From NCBI GenBank assembly GCA_964016885.1, contig OZ024743.1:245706001-245770000 (forward strand): a stretch of DNA of 64,000 nt, in the 5' to 3' direction. The notes under the pieces were generated by a model. The model made no database searches and was not told the DNA's origin. It saw only the letters and a list, made by a program, of their open reading frames with translations. The stretch is from Eledone cirrhosa (Eukaryota). A program made the translations under genes and the position numbers. Below are positions 26,401-39,790 of this stretch, in pieces. Positions within the stretch are counted from its first letter, which is position 1; every line of letters starts with the position of its first letter.

Positions 26401-29400
26401 GTATATTGGGTTAAGAGGTGTCTACTGACTGTAGGTTTGTATGGTGGGGTGTATATTGGGTTAAGAGGTGTCTACTGACTGTAGGTTTGTATGGTGGGGT
26501 GTATATTGGGTTAAGAAGGGTCTACTGACTGTAGGTTTGTATGGTGGATGTATATTGGGTTAAGAGGTGTCTACTGACTGTAGGTTTGTATGGTGGATGT
26601 ATATTGGGTTAAGAGGTGTCTACTGACTGTAGGTTTGTATGGTGGGGTGTATACTGGGTTAAGAAGTGTCTACTGACTGTAGGTTTGTATGGTGGGGTGT
26701 ATATTGGGTTAAGAGGTGTCTACTGACTGTAGGTTTGTATGGTGGGGTGTATATTGGGTTAAGAGGTGTCTACTGTCTGTAGGTTTGTTTGGTGGGTGTA
26801 TATTGGGTTAAGAGGTGTCTACTGACTGTAGGTTTGTTTGGTGGGTGTATATTGGGTTAAGAGGTGTCTACTGACTGTAGGTTTGTATGGTGGGTGTATA
26901 TTGGGTTAAGAGGTGTCTACTGACTGTAGGTTTGTATGGTGGGGTGTATATTGGGTTAAGAGGTGTCTACTGACTGTAGATTTGTATGGTGGGGTGTATA
27001 TTGGGTTAAGAGGTGTCTACTGACTGTAGGTTTGTATGGTGGGGTGTATATTGGGTTAAGAGGTGTCTACTGACTGTAGGTTTGTATGGTGGGGTGTATA
27101 TTGGGTTAAGAGGTGTCTACTGACTGTAGGTTTGTATGGTGGATGTATATTGGGTTAAGAGGTGTCTACTGACTGTAGGTTTGTATGGTGGGGTGTATAT
27201 TGGGTTAAGAGGTGTCTACTGACTGTAGGTTTGTATGGTGGGTGTATATTGGGTTAAGAAGGGTCTACTGACTGTAGGTTTGTATGGTGGGGTGTATATT
27301 GGGTTAAGAAGTGTCTACTGACTGTAGGTTTGTATGGTGGATGTATATTGGGTTAAGAAGTGTCTACTGACTGTAGGTTTGTATGGTGGGGTGTATATTG
27401 GGTTAAGAAGGGTCTACTGACTGTAGGTTTGTATGGTGGGGTGTATATTGGGTTAAGAAGTGTCTACTGACTGTAGGTTTGTATGGTGGATGTATATTGG
27501 GTTAAGAGGTGCCTACTGACTGTAGGTTTGTATGGTGGGGTGTATATTGGGTTAAGAGGTGTCTACTGACTGTAGGTTTGTATGGTGGATGTATATTGGG
27601 TTAAGAAGTGCCTACTGACTGTAGATTTGTATGGTGGGGTGTATATTGGGTTAAGAAGTGTCTACTGACTGTAGGTTTGTATGGTGGGGTGTATATTGGG
27701 TTAAGAGGTGTCTACTGACTGTAGGTTTGTATCGTGGGGTGTATATTGGGTTAAGAGGTGTCTACTGACTGTAGGTTTGTATGGTGGGGTGTATATTTGG
27801 TTAAGAGTTGTCTACTGACTGTAGGTTTGTATGGTGGGGTGTATATTGGGTTAAGAGGTGTCTACTGACTGTAGGTTTGTATGGTGGGGTGTATATTGGG
27901 TTAAGAAGTGTCTACTGACTGTAGGTTTGTATGGTGGGTGTATATTGGGTTAAGAGGTGCCTAATGACTGTAGGTTTGTATGGTGGGGTGTATATTGGGT
28001 TAAGAAGTGTCTACTGACTGTAGGTTTGTATGGTGGGTGTATATTGGGTTAAGAGGTGCCTAATGACTGTAGGTTTGTATGGTGGGGTGTATATTGGGTT
28101 AAGAAGTGTCTACTGACTGTAGGTTTGTATGGTGGGGTGTATATTGGGTTAAGAAGTGCCTACTGACTGTAGGTTTGTATGGTGGGTGTATATTGGGTTA
28201 AGAGGTGCCTAATGACTGTAGGTTTGTATGGTGGGGTGTATATTGGGTTAAGAAGTGTCTACTGACTGTAGGTTTGTATGGTGGGGTGTATATTGGGTTA
28301 AGAGGTGCCTACTGTCTGTAGGTTTGTATGGTGGGGTGTATATTGGGTTAAGAAGTGCCTACTGACTGTAGGTTTGTATGGTGGGTGTATATTGGGTTAA
28401 GATGTGCCTAATGACTGTAGGTTTGTATGGTGGGGTGTATATTGGGTTAAGAAGTGTCTACTGACTGTAGGTTTGTATGGTGGGGTGTATATTGGGTTAA
28501 GAGGTGCCTACTGTCTCTAGGTTTGTATGGTGGGGTGTATATTGGGTTAAGAAGTGCCTACTGACTGTAGGTTTGTATGGTGGGTGTATATTGGGTTAAG
28601 AGGTGCCTAATGACTGTAGGTTTGTATGGTGGGGTGTATATTGGGTTAAGAAGTGTCTACTGACTGTAGGTTTGTATGGTGGGGTGTATATTGGGTTAAG
28701 AGGTGTCTACTGACTGTAGGTTTGTATGGTGGGGTGTATATTGGGTTAAGAGGTGTCTACTGACTGTAGGTTTGTATGGTGGGGTGTATATTGGGTTAAG
28801 AAGTGTCTACTGACTGTAGGTTTGTATGGTGGGGTGTATATTGGGTTAAGAAGTGTCTACTGACTGTAGGTTTGTATGGTGGGGTGTATATTGGGTTAAG
28901 AGGTGTCTACTGACTGTAGGTTTGTATGGTGGATGTATATTGGGTTAAGAAGTGTCTACTGACTGTAGGTTTGTATGGTGGGGTGTATATTGGGTTAAGA
29001 AGTGTCTACTGACTGTAGGTTTGTATGGTGGGGTGTATATTGGGTTAAGAAGTGTCTACTGACTGTAGGTTTGTATGGTGGGGTGTATATTGGGTTAAGA
29101 GGTGTCTACTGACTGTAGGTTTGTATGGTGGGGTGTATATTGGGTTAAGAGGTGTCTACTGACTGTAGGTTTGTATGGTGGGGTGTATATTGGGTTAAGA
29201 AGTGTCTACTGACTGTAGGTTTGTATGGTGGGGTGTATATTGGGTTAAGAGGTGTCTACTGACTGTAGGTTTGTATGGTGGGGTGTATATTGGGTTAAGA
29301 GGTGTCTACTGACTGTAGGTTTGTATGGTGGGGTGTATATTGGGTTAAGAGGTGTCTACTGACTGTAGGTTTGTATGGTGGGGTGTATATTGGGTTAAGA

Positions 29401-32400
29401 AGTGTCTACTGACTGTAGGTTTGTATGGTGGGGTGTATATTGGGTTAAGAAGTGTCTACTGACTGTAGGTTTGTATGGTGGGGTGTATATTGGGTTAAGA
29501 AGGGTCTACTGTCTGTAGGTTTGTATGGTGGGGTGTATATTGGGTTAAGAAGTGTCTACTGACTGTAGGTTTGTATGGTGGGGTGTATATTGGGTTAAGA
29601 AGTGTCTACTGACTGTAGGTTTGTATGGTGGGGTGTATATTGGGTTAAGAAGTGTCTACTGACTGTAGGTTTGTATGGTGGGGTGTATATTGGGTTAAGA
29701 AGTGTCTACTGACTGTAGGTTTGTATGGTGGGGTGTATATTGGGTTAAGAGGTGTCTACTGACTGTAGGTTTGTATGGTGGGTGTATATTGGGTTAAGAG
29801 GTGTCTACTGACTGTAGGTTTGTTTGGTGGGGTGTATATTGGGTTAAGAGGTGCCTACTGACTGTAGGTTTGTATGGTGGGGTGTATATTGGGTTAAGAA
29901 GTGTCTACTGACTGTAGGTTTGTTTGGTGGGTGTATATTGGGTTAAGAAGTGTCTACTGACTGTAGGTTTGTATGGTGGGGTGTATATTGGGTTAAGAGG
30001 TGCCTACTGACTGTAGGTTTGTATGGTGGGGTGTATATTGGGTTAAGAGGTGTCTACTGACTGTAGGTTTGTATGGTGGGGTGTATATTGGGTTAAGAGG
30101 TGTCTACTGACTGTAGGTTTGTATGGTGGGTGTATATTGGGTTAAGAGGTGTCTACTGACTGTAGGTTTGTATGGTGGGGTGTATATTGGGTTAAGAGGT
30201 GTCTACTGACTGTAGGTTTGTTTGGTGGGTGTATATTGGGTTAAGAGGTGTCTACTGTCTGTAGGTTTGTTTGGTGGGTGTATATTGGGTTAAGAGGTGT
30301 CTACTGACTGTAGGTTTGTATGGTGGGGTGTATATTGGGTTAAGAGGTGTCTACTGACTGTAGGTTTGTTTGGTGGGTGTATATTGGGTTAAGAAGTGTC
30401 TACTGACTGTAGGTTTGTTTGGTGGGTGTATATTGGGTTAAGAAGTGTCTACTGACTGTAGGTTTGTATGGTGGGGTGTATATTGGGTTAAGAAGTGTCT
30501 ACTGACTGTAGGTTTGTTTGGTGGGTGTATATTGGGTTAAGAAGTGTCTACTGACTGTAGGTTTGTTTGGTGGGTGTATATTGGGTTAAGAAGTGTCTAC
30601 TGACTGTAGGTTTGTTTGGTGGGTGTATATTGGGTTAAGAAGTGTCTACTGACTGTAGGTTTGTTTGGTGGGTGTATATTGGGTTAAGAGGTGTCTACTG
30701 ACTGTAGGTTTGTATGGTGGGGTGTATATTGGGTTAAGAGGTGTCTACTGACTGTAGGTTTGTATGGTGGGGTGTATATTGGGTTAAGAGGTGTCTACTG
30801 ACTGTAGGTTTGTTTGGTGGGTGTATATTGGGTTAAGAAGTGTCTACTGACTGTAGGTTTGTATGGTGGGGTGTATATTGGGTTAAGAGGTGTCTACTGA
30901 CTGTAGGTTTGTATGGTGGGGTGTATATTGGGTTAAGAGGTGTCTACTGACTGTAGGTTTGTTTGGTGGGTGTATATTGGGTTAAGAAGTGTCTACTGAC
31001 TGTAGGTTTGTATGGTGGGTGTATATTGGGTTAAGAGGTGTCTACTGACTGTAGGTTTGTATGGTGGGGTGTATATTGGGTTAAGAGGTGTCTACTGACT
31101 GTAGGTTTGTATGGTGGGGTGTATATTGGGTTAAGAGGTGTCTACTGACTGTAGGTTTGTATGGTGGGGTGTATATTGGGTTAAGAGGTGTCTACTGACT
31201 GTAGGTTTGTTTGGTGGGTGTATATTGGGTTAAGAAGTGTCTACTGACTGTAGGTTTGTATGGTGGGTGTATATTGGGTTAAGAGGTGTCTACTGACTGT
31301 AGGTTTGTATGGTGGGGTGTATATTGGGTTAAGAGGTGTCTACTGACTGTAGGTTTGTATGGTGGGGTGTATATTGGGTTAAGAAGGGTCTACTGACTGT
31401 AGGTTTGTATGGTGGATGTATATTGGGTTAAGAGGTGTCTACTGACTGTAGGTTTGTATGGTGGATGTATATTGGGTTAAGAGGTGTCTACTGACTGTAG
31501 GTTTGTATGGTGGGGTGTATATTGGGTTAAGAGTGTCTACTGACTGTAGGTTTGTATGGTGGGGTGTATATTGGGTTAAGAGGTGTCTACTGACTGTAGG
31601 TTTGTATGGTGGGGTGTATATTGGGTTAAGAGGTGTCTACTGTCTGTAGGTTTGTTTGGTGGGTGTATATTGGGTTAAGAGGTGTCTACTGACTGTAGGT
31701 TTGTTTGGTGGGTGTATATTGGGTTAAGAGGTGTCTACTGACTGTAGGTTTGTATGGTGGGTGTATATTGGGTTAAGAGGTGTCTACTGACTGTAGGTTT
31801 GTATGGTGGGGTGTATATTGGGTTAAGAGGTGTCTACTGACTGTAGATTTGTATGGTGGGGTGTATATTGGGTTAAGAGGTGTCTACTGACTGTAGGTTT
31901 GTATGGTGGGGTGTATATTGGGTTAAGAGGTGTCTACTGACTGTAGGTTTGTATGGTGGGGTTTATATTGGGTTAAGAGGTGTCTACTGACTGTAGGTTT
32001 GTATGGTGGATGTATATTGGGTTAAGAGGTGTCTACTGACTGTAGGTTTGTATGGTGGGGTGTATATTGGGTTAAGAGGTGTCTACTGACTGTAGGTTTG
32101 TATGGTGGGTGTATATTGGGTTAAGAAGGGTCTACTGACTGTAGGTTTGTATGGTGGGGTGTATATTGGGTTAAGAAGTGTCTACTGACTGTAGGTTTGT
32201 ATGGTGGATGTATATTGGGTTAAGAAGTGCCTACTGACTGTAGATTTGTATGGTGGGGTGTATATTGGGTTAAGAGGTGTCTACTGACTGTAGGTTTGTA
32301 TGGTGGGGTTTATATTGGGTTAAGAGGTGTCTACTGACTGTAGGTTTGTATGGTGGATGTATATTGGGTTAAGAGGTGTCTACTGACTGTAGGTTTGTAT

Positions 32401-35400
32401 GGTGGGGTGTATATTGGGTTAAGAGGTGTCTACTGACTGTAGGTTTGTATGGTGGGTGTATATTGGGTTAAGAAGGGTCTACTGACTGTAGGTTTGTATG
32501 GTGGGGTGTATATTGGGTTAAGAAGTGCCTACTGACTGTAGGTTTGTATGGTGGGTGTATATTGGGTTAAGAGGTGCCTAATGACTGTAGGTTTGTATGG
32601 TGGGGTGTATATTGGGTTAAGAAGTGTCTACTGACTGTAGGTTTGTATGGTGGGGTGTATATTGGGTTAAGAGGTGCCTACTGTCTGTAGGTTTGTATGG
32701 TGGGGTGTATATTGGGTTAAGAAGTGCCTACTGACTGTAGGTTTGTATGGTGGGTGTATATTGGGTTAAGATGTGCCTAATGACTGTAGGTTTGTATGGT
32801 GGGGTGTATATTGGGTTAAGAAGTGTCTACTGACTGTAGGTTTGTATGGTGGGGTGTATATTGGGTTAAGAGGTGCCTACTGACTGTAGGTTTGTATGGT
32901 GGGGTGTATATTGGGTTAAGAAGTGTCCTACTGACTGTAGGTTTGTATGGTGGGGTGTATATTGGGTTAAGAGGTGCCTACTGACTGTAGGTTTGTATGG
33001 TGGGGTGTATATTGGGTTAAGAAGGTGTCTACTGACTGTAGGTTTGTATGGTGGGGTGTATATTGGGTTAAGAGGTGTCTACTGACTGTAGGTTTGTATG
33101 GTGGGGTGTATATTGGGTTAAGAGGTGTCTACTGACTGTAGGTTTGTATGGTGGGGTGTATATTGGGTTAAGAAGTGTCTACTGACTGTAGGTTTGTATG
33201 GTGGGGTGTATATTGGGTTAAGAGGTGTCTACTGACTGTAGGTTTGTATGGTGGGGTGTATATTGGGTTAAGAGGTGTCTACTGACTGTAGGTTTGTATG
33301 GTGGGGTGTATATTGGGTTAAGAAGTGTCTACTGACTGTAGGTTTGTATGGTGGGGTGTATATTGGGTTAAGAAGTGTCTACTGACTGTAGGTTTGTATG
33401 GTGGGGTGTATATTGGGTTAAGAAGTGTCTACTGACTGTAGGTTTGTATGGTGGGGTGTATATTGGGTTAAGAGGTGTCTACTGACTGTAGGTTTGTATG
33501 GTGGGGTGTATATTGGGTTAAGAAGGTGTCTACTGACTGTAGGTTTGTATGGTGGGGTGTATATTGGGTTAAGAAGTGTCTACTGACTGTAGGTTTGTAT
33601 GGTGGGGTGTATATTGGGTTAAGAGGTGTCTACTGACTGTAGGTTTGTATGGTGGGGTGTATATTGGGTTAAGAGGTGTCTACTGACTGTAGGTTTGTAT
33701 GGTGGGGTGTATATTGGGTTAAGAGGTGTCTACTGACTGTAGGTTTGTATGGTGGGGTGTATATTGGGTTAAGAGGTGTCTACTGACTGTAGGTTTGTAT
33801 GGTGGGGTGTATATTGGGTTAAGAAGGTGTCTACTGACTGTAGGTTTGTATGGTGGGGTGTATATTGGGTTAAGAGGTGTCTACTGACTGTAGGTTTGTA
33901 TGGTGGGGTGTATATTGGGTTAAGAAGTGTCTACTGACTGTAGGTTTGTATGGTGGGGTGTATATTGGGTTAAGAAGTGTCTACTGACTGTAGGTTTGTA
34001 TGGTGGGGTGTATATTGGGTTAAGAGGTGTCTACTGACTGTAGGTTTGTATGGTGGGGTGTATATTGGGTTAAGAAGTGTCTACTGACTGTAGGTTTGTA
34101 TGGTGGGTGTATATTGGGTTAAGAGGTGTCTACTGACTGTAGGTTTGTATGGTGGGTGTATATTGGGTTAAGAGGTGTCTACTGACTGTAGGTTTGTATG
34201 GTGGGGTGTATATTGGGTTAAGAGGTGTCTACTGACTGTAGGTTTGTATGGTGGGGTGTATATTGGGTTAAGAGGTGTCTACTGACTGTAGGTTTGTATG
34301 GTGGGTGTATATTGGGTTAAGAGGTGTCTACTGACTGTAGGTTTGTATGGTGGGGTGTATATTGGGTTAAGAGGTGTCTACTGACTGTAGGTTTGTATGG
34401 TGGGGTGTATATTGGGTTAAGAGTGTCTACTGACTGTAGGTTTGTATGGTGGGTGTATATTGGGTTAAGAGGTGTCTACTGACTGTAGGTTTGTTTGGTG
34501 GGTGTATATTGGGTTAAGAGGTGTCTACTGACTGTAGGTTTGTTTGGTGGGGTGTATATTGGGTTAAGAGGTGTCTACTGACTGTAGGTTTGTTTGGTGG
34601 GTGTATATTGGGTTAAGAAGTGTCTACTGACTGTAGGTTTGTTTGGTGGGTGTATATTGGGTTAAGAGGTGTCTACTGACTGTAGGTTTGTATGGTGGGG
34701 TGTATATTGGGTTAAGAGTGTCTACTGACTGTAGGTTTGTTTGGTGGGTGTATATTGGGTTAAGAAGTGTCTACTGACTGTAGGTTTGTTTGGTGGGTGT
34801 ATATTGGGTTAAGAAGTGTCTACTGACTGTAGGTTTGTATGGTGGGGTGTATATTGGGTTAAGAAGTGTCTACTGACTGTAGGTTTGTTTGGTGGGTGTA
34901 TATTGGGTTAAGAAGGTGTCTACTGACTGTAGGTTTGTTTGGTGGCGTGTATATTGGGTTAAGAAGTGTCTACTGACTGTAGGTTTGTATGGTGGGTGTA
35001 TATTGGGTTAAGAAGTGTCTACTGACTGTAGGTTTGTTTGGTGGGTGTATATTGGGTTAAGAGGTGTCTACTGACTGTAGGTTTGTAATGGTGTGTATAT
35101 TGGGTTAAGAAGTGTCTACTGACTCTAGGTTTGTATGGTGGGTGTATATTGGGTTAAGAGGTGTCTACTGACTGTAGGTTTGTATGGTGGGGTGTATATT
35201 GGGTTAAGAAGTGTCTACTGACTGTAGGTTTGTATGGTGGGTGTATATTGGGTTAAGAGGTGTCTACTGACTGTAGGTTTGTATGGTAGGTGTATATTGG
35301 GTTAAGAGGTGTCTACTGACTGTAGGTTTGTATGGTGGGTGTATATTGGGTTAAGAAGTGTCTACTGACTGTAGGTTTGTATGGTGGATGTATATTGGGT

Positions 35401-38121
35401 TAAGAGGTGTCTACTGACTGTAGGTTTGTATGGTGGGGTGTATATTGGGTTAAGAAGTGTCTACTGACTGTAGGTTTGTATGGTGGGGTGTATATTGGGT
35501 TAAGAGGTGTCTACTGACTGTAGGTTTGTATGGTGGGGTGTATATTGGGTTAAGAGGTGTCTACTGACTTAAGTTTTGTATGGTGGGGTGTATATTTGGT
35601 TAAGAGGTGTCTACTGACTGTAGGTTTGTATGGTGGGGTGTATATTGGGTTAAGAGGTGTCTACTGACTGTAGGTTTGTATGGTGGGGTGTATATTGGGT
35701 TAAGAGGTGTCTACTGACTGTAGGTTTGTATGGTGGGGTGTATATTGGGTTAAGAGGTGTCTACTGACTGTAGGTTTGTATGGTGGGTGTATATAGGGTT
35801 AAGAAGTGTCTACTGACTGTAGGTTTGTATGGTGGGGTGTATATTGGGTTAAGAGGTGTCTACTGACTGTAGGTTTGTATGGTGGGGTGTATATTGGGTT
35901 AAGAGGTGTCTACTGACTGTAGGTTTGTATGGTGGGGTGTATATTGGGTTAAGAGGTGTCTACTGACTGTAGGTTTGTATGGTGGGGTGTATATTGGGTT
36001 AAGAGGTGTCTACTGACTGTAGGTTTGTATGGTGGGTGTATATTGGGTTAAGAAGGGTCTACTGACTGTAGGTTTGTATGGTGGGGTGTATATTGGGTTA
36101 AGAGGTGTCTACTGACTGTAGGTTTGTATGGTGGGTGTATATTGGGTTAAGAAGCGTCTACTGACTGTAGGTTTGTATGGTGGGGTGTATATAGGGTTAA
36201 GAAGTGTCTACTGACTGTAGGTTTGTATGGTGGGGTGTATATTGGGTTAAGAGGTGTCTACTGACTGTAGGTTTGTATGGTGGGGTGTATATTGGGTTAA
36301 GAGGTGTCTACTGACTGTAGGTTTGTATGGTGGGTGTATATTGGGTTAAGAAGGGTCTACTGACTGTAGGTTTGTATGGTGGGGTGTATATTGGGTTAAG
36401 AGGTGCCTACTGTCTGTAGGTTTGTATGGTGGGGTGTATATTGGGTTAAGAGGTGTCTACTGACTGTAGGTTTGTATGGTGGGGTGTATATTGGGTTAAG
36501 AGGTGTCTACTGACTGTAGGTTTGTATGGTGGGGTGTATATTGGGTTAAGAGGTGTCTACTGACTGTAGGTTTGTATGGTGGGGTGTATATTGGGTTAAG
36601 AGGTGTCTACTGACTGTAGGTTTGTATGGTGGATGTATATAGGGTTAAGAAGGGTCTACTGACTGTAGGTTTGTATGGTGGGGTGTATATTGGGTTAAGA
36701 GGTGTCTACTGACTGTAGGTTTGTATGGTGGGGTGTATATTGGGTTAAGAGGTGTCTACTGACTGTAGGTTTGCATGGTGGGGTGTATATTGGGTTAAGA
36801 GGTGTCTACTGACTGTAGGTTTGTATGGTGGGTGTATATTGGGTTAAGAAGGGTCTACTGACTGTAGGTTTGTATGGTGGGGTGTATATTGGGTTAAGAG
36901 GTGTCTACTGACTGTAGGTTTGTATGGTGGGGTGTATATTGGGTTAAGAGGTGTCTACTGACTGTAGGTTTGTATGGTGGGGTGTATATTGGGTTAAGAG
37001 GTGTCTTCTGACTGTAGGTTTGTATGGTGGGGTGTATATTGGGTTAAGAGGTGTCTACTGACTGTAGGTTTGTATGGTGGATGTATATTGGGTTAAGAAG
37101 TGTCTACTGACTGTAGGTTTGTATGGTGGGGTGTATATTGGGTTAAGAAGGGTCTACTGACTGTAGGTTTGTATGGTGGGGTGTATATTGGGTTAAGAGG
37201 TGTCTACTGACTGTAGGTTTGTATGGTGGGGTGTATATTGGGTTAAGAGGTGTCTACTGACTGTAGGTTTGTATGGTGGGGTGTATATTGGGTTAAGAGG
37301 TGTCTACTGACTGTAGGTTTGTATGGTGGGGTGTATATTGGGTTAAGAGGTGTCTACTGACTGTAGGTTTGTATGGTGGGGTGTATATTGGGTTAAGAGG
37401 TGTCTACTGACTGTAGGTTTGTATGGTGGATGTATATAGGGTTAAGAAGGGTCTACTGACTGTAGGTTTGTATGGTGGGGTGTATATTGGGTTAAGAGGT
37501 GTCTACTGACTGTAGGTTTGTATGGTGGGGTGTATATTGGGTTAAGAGGTGTCTACTGACTGTAGGTTTGTATGGTGGGGTGTATATTGGGTTAAGAGGT
37601 GTCTACTGACTGTAGGTTTGTATGGTGGATGTATATAGGGTTAAGAAGGGTCTACTGACTGTAGGTTTGTATGGTGGGGTGTATATTGGGTTAAGAAGGG
37701 TCTACTGACTGTAGGTTTGTATGGTGGATGTATATAGGGTTAAGAAGGGTCTACTGACTGTAGGTTTGTATGGTGGGTGTATATTGGGTTAAGAAGGGTC
37801 TACTGTCTGTAGGTTTGTATGGTGGGGTGTATATTGGGTTAAGAAGGGTCTACTGTCTGTAGGTTTGTATGGTGGGGTGTATATTGGGTTAAGAGGTGTC
37901 TACTGTCTGTAGGTTTGTATGGTGGGGTGTATATAGGGTTAAGAGGTGCCTACTGACTGTAGGTTTGTATGGTGGGGTGTATATAGGGTTAAGAAGTGCC
38001 TACTGACTGTAGGTTTGTATGGTGGGGTGTATATTGGGTTAAGAGGTGTCTACTGACTGTAGGTTTGTATGGTGGGGTGTATATAGGGTTAAGAGGTGTC
38101 TACTGACTGTAGGTTTGTATG
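11432..38121 (+). repeat. Satellite/giant minisatellite with 49-50 bp monomer GGTGGGGTGTATATTGGGTTAAGAGGTGTCTACTGACTGTAGGTTTGTAT, roughly 535-540 copies
   Basis: Uninterrupted tandem array with few variant sites. Confidence 0.99.
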
Positions 38122-38324
38122 CAAAGGAATATGGGTCTTCTGTACAACTGCATAGCGCCAAAGATCTCGATCTGGTGACATTTTCTTAGAGAGGAGTAAG
38201 TGAGCAAGGTCTGTGTTTATATAAGGATAAAGATCCCATAACTCATTGGGAGTCATAGAGGCACAGTCAAACACAGCTGATTTTTACCGTAAAGCATTCT
38301 ATCCGACGTCTTAACAAAGGATTT

Positions 38325-38680
38325 GTAATGTCAATTTGTGTAAATGACCAAAAATAGATGAGTTGAGAGTGAAACTGTGTATAAGAGGGATAAATTGTAG
38401 TGCGTGGGAGAGAAGAGTGCATTGGTATGGCCATGTGATGCGCATGAAAGATGAAAGCTGGGTTGAGAAGTACCAAGACATCCAGGTGGAAGGAAGATGC
38501 AGTAGAGGAAGACCATGAAAAACATGGGCGGGAGTGATGAGAGCTGACCTCAGATTGCAGAAGCTCACAGAGGAGTTGATGAGGGACTGTGACAAATGGA
38601 GAGAGGCTGTGTTGACGAAAACCCATCCCACCTTTGCAAGCAGGGAAAAGGGACATAAAATGATGATGATGATGAGGATG
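38325..38680 (+). mobile_element. RTE-clade LINE 3' end (decayed)
   Basis: Translates to RRVHWYGHVMRMKD...EGRCSRGRP*KTWAGVMRADL...KWREAV, the typical RTE ORF C-terminus. Ends in a (TGA)n tail. Confidence 0.85.
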
Positions 38681-38718
38681 ATATATATCTATATATATAT
38701 GTATATATATATATATAA

Positions 38719-39108
38719 AACAAATGAATGATGATAAACATGGATAAGCGATATAATAGGCTTTTATTCCAAGCATTAACATATGTTTTATTGCCTAGTA
38801 TGCAATCGATTGGGTCTTAAAATCGCTATCTACAATGTTATTGTGAAATTCAGTTTTAAATACTGTTCATACCAGGCAAATTATTAAAACACTGATTTTG
38901 GAATCAGCGATACAACAGTTTTATACAAAGTCATATAATCATCAAGATGAAAAATATTTTATTTTTCCTCTTGATGTTTATTATGATAACATTGCAGATA
39001 GCGATTTTAAGACCCAATCAATTGCATACTAGGCAATGACACATATGTTAATGCTTGGAATAAAACCTTATTGTATCACTTATCCATGTTAATCATCATT
39101 CATTCGTT
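38719..39108. repeat. Inverted repeat (arms 38719-38841 and 38986-39108) with a nested 17-bp hairpin at 38940-38976
   Basis: Arms are reverse complements, e.g. TTCCAAGCATTAACATATG / CATATGTTAATGCTTGGAA. Confidence 0.9.
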
Positions 39109-39379
39109 ATTAATACTCCAGGAACTAATAGCATTGGAATTGTCCAAAATCGGCCCTCCGAACTACACAACGAAGTAAACATCTTGTTGAGTCAACCAAC
39201 GCCACACATTGCAATCCCCCCACAGTTCAGATTACTCGTAACCTTTCCTTGGATAAGCTTAAACGATATATCGTTTACTCTGAAATATATATAGTAATAA
39301 TAATAAATGTGAAGACTAGAATCCGAAGAGGGCTCAATAAGGATAATATATATATAAAATATATAAAACCGTAGAGCAA

Positions 39380-39478
39380 ATATTTATTAAAATACCAGAT
39401 TAAAGTTTAAGAAGATCCCATTAAGGGTGAAAGCAGCGATTCTTTGCTTAAACTTTAATCTGTTATTTTAATAAATAT
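39380..39478. repeat. Short fold-back with ~32-bp arms
   Basis: ATATTTATTAAAATACCAGATTAAAGTTTAAG ... CTTAAACTTTAATCTGTTATTTTAATAAATAT. Confidence 0.85.
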
Positions 39479-39664
39479 ATATATATATTAATAAAAAACA
39501 TGGGTGAAAACACGGAAGACACAAACACAAGGACAATTCCTGCTCATCGACTGTCTTCTGTGGATCATTATAGTTTTGAATGCATTAAAGACAGGAATAT
39601 TCTCCATAGTGCATGCATTAATAACTATTCTCGGATAACTATTCGGGAAGAACACAACGGATGT

Positions 39665-39790
39665 ATACATATATAGATGTGTATGTGTGTGTGATGTGTG
39701 ATGTGTGTGTGTGATGTGTGTGTGTGATGTGTGTGTGTAATGTGTGATGTGTGTGTGTAATGTGTGATGTGTGTGTGTAATGTGTGTAGT
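39665..39790 (+). repeat. (TG)n/(TGA) compound microsatellite
   Basis: Seen directly. Confidence 0.9.

Noticed and set aside
11233-33085. ORFs inside the satellite (11233, 31458, 32873)
   Set aside because: Short chance frames through 50-bp units; stops recur on both strands.
11432-38121. CRISPR array or telomeric array
   Set aside because: No unique spacers and a eukaryotic context. GGGTTA occurs once per 50-mer rather than as tandem TTAGGG, and unique DNA flanks both sides.
39527-39670. Possible Penelope GIY-YIG C-terminal remnant (HYSFECIKDRNILH...NYSRITIRE)
   Set aside because: Resemblance is weak and partly due to a short local duplication; cannot be supported without a search.
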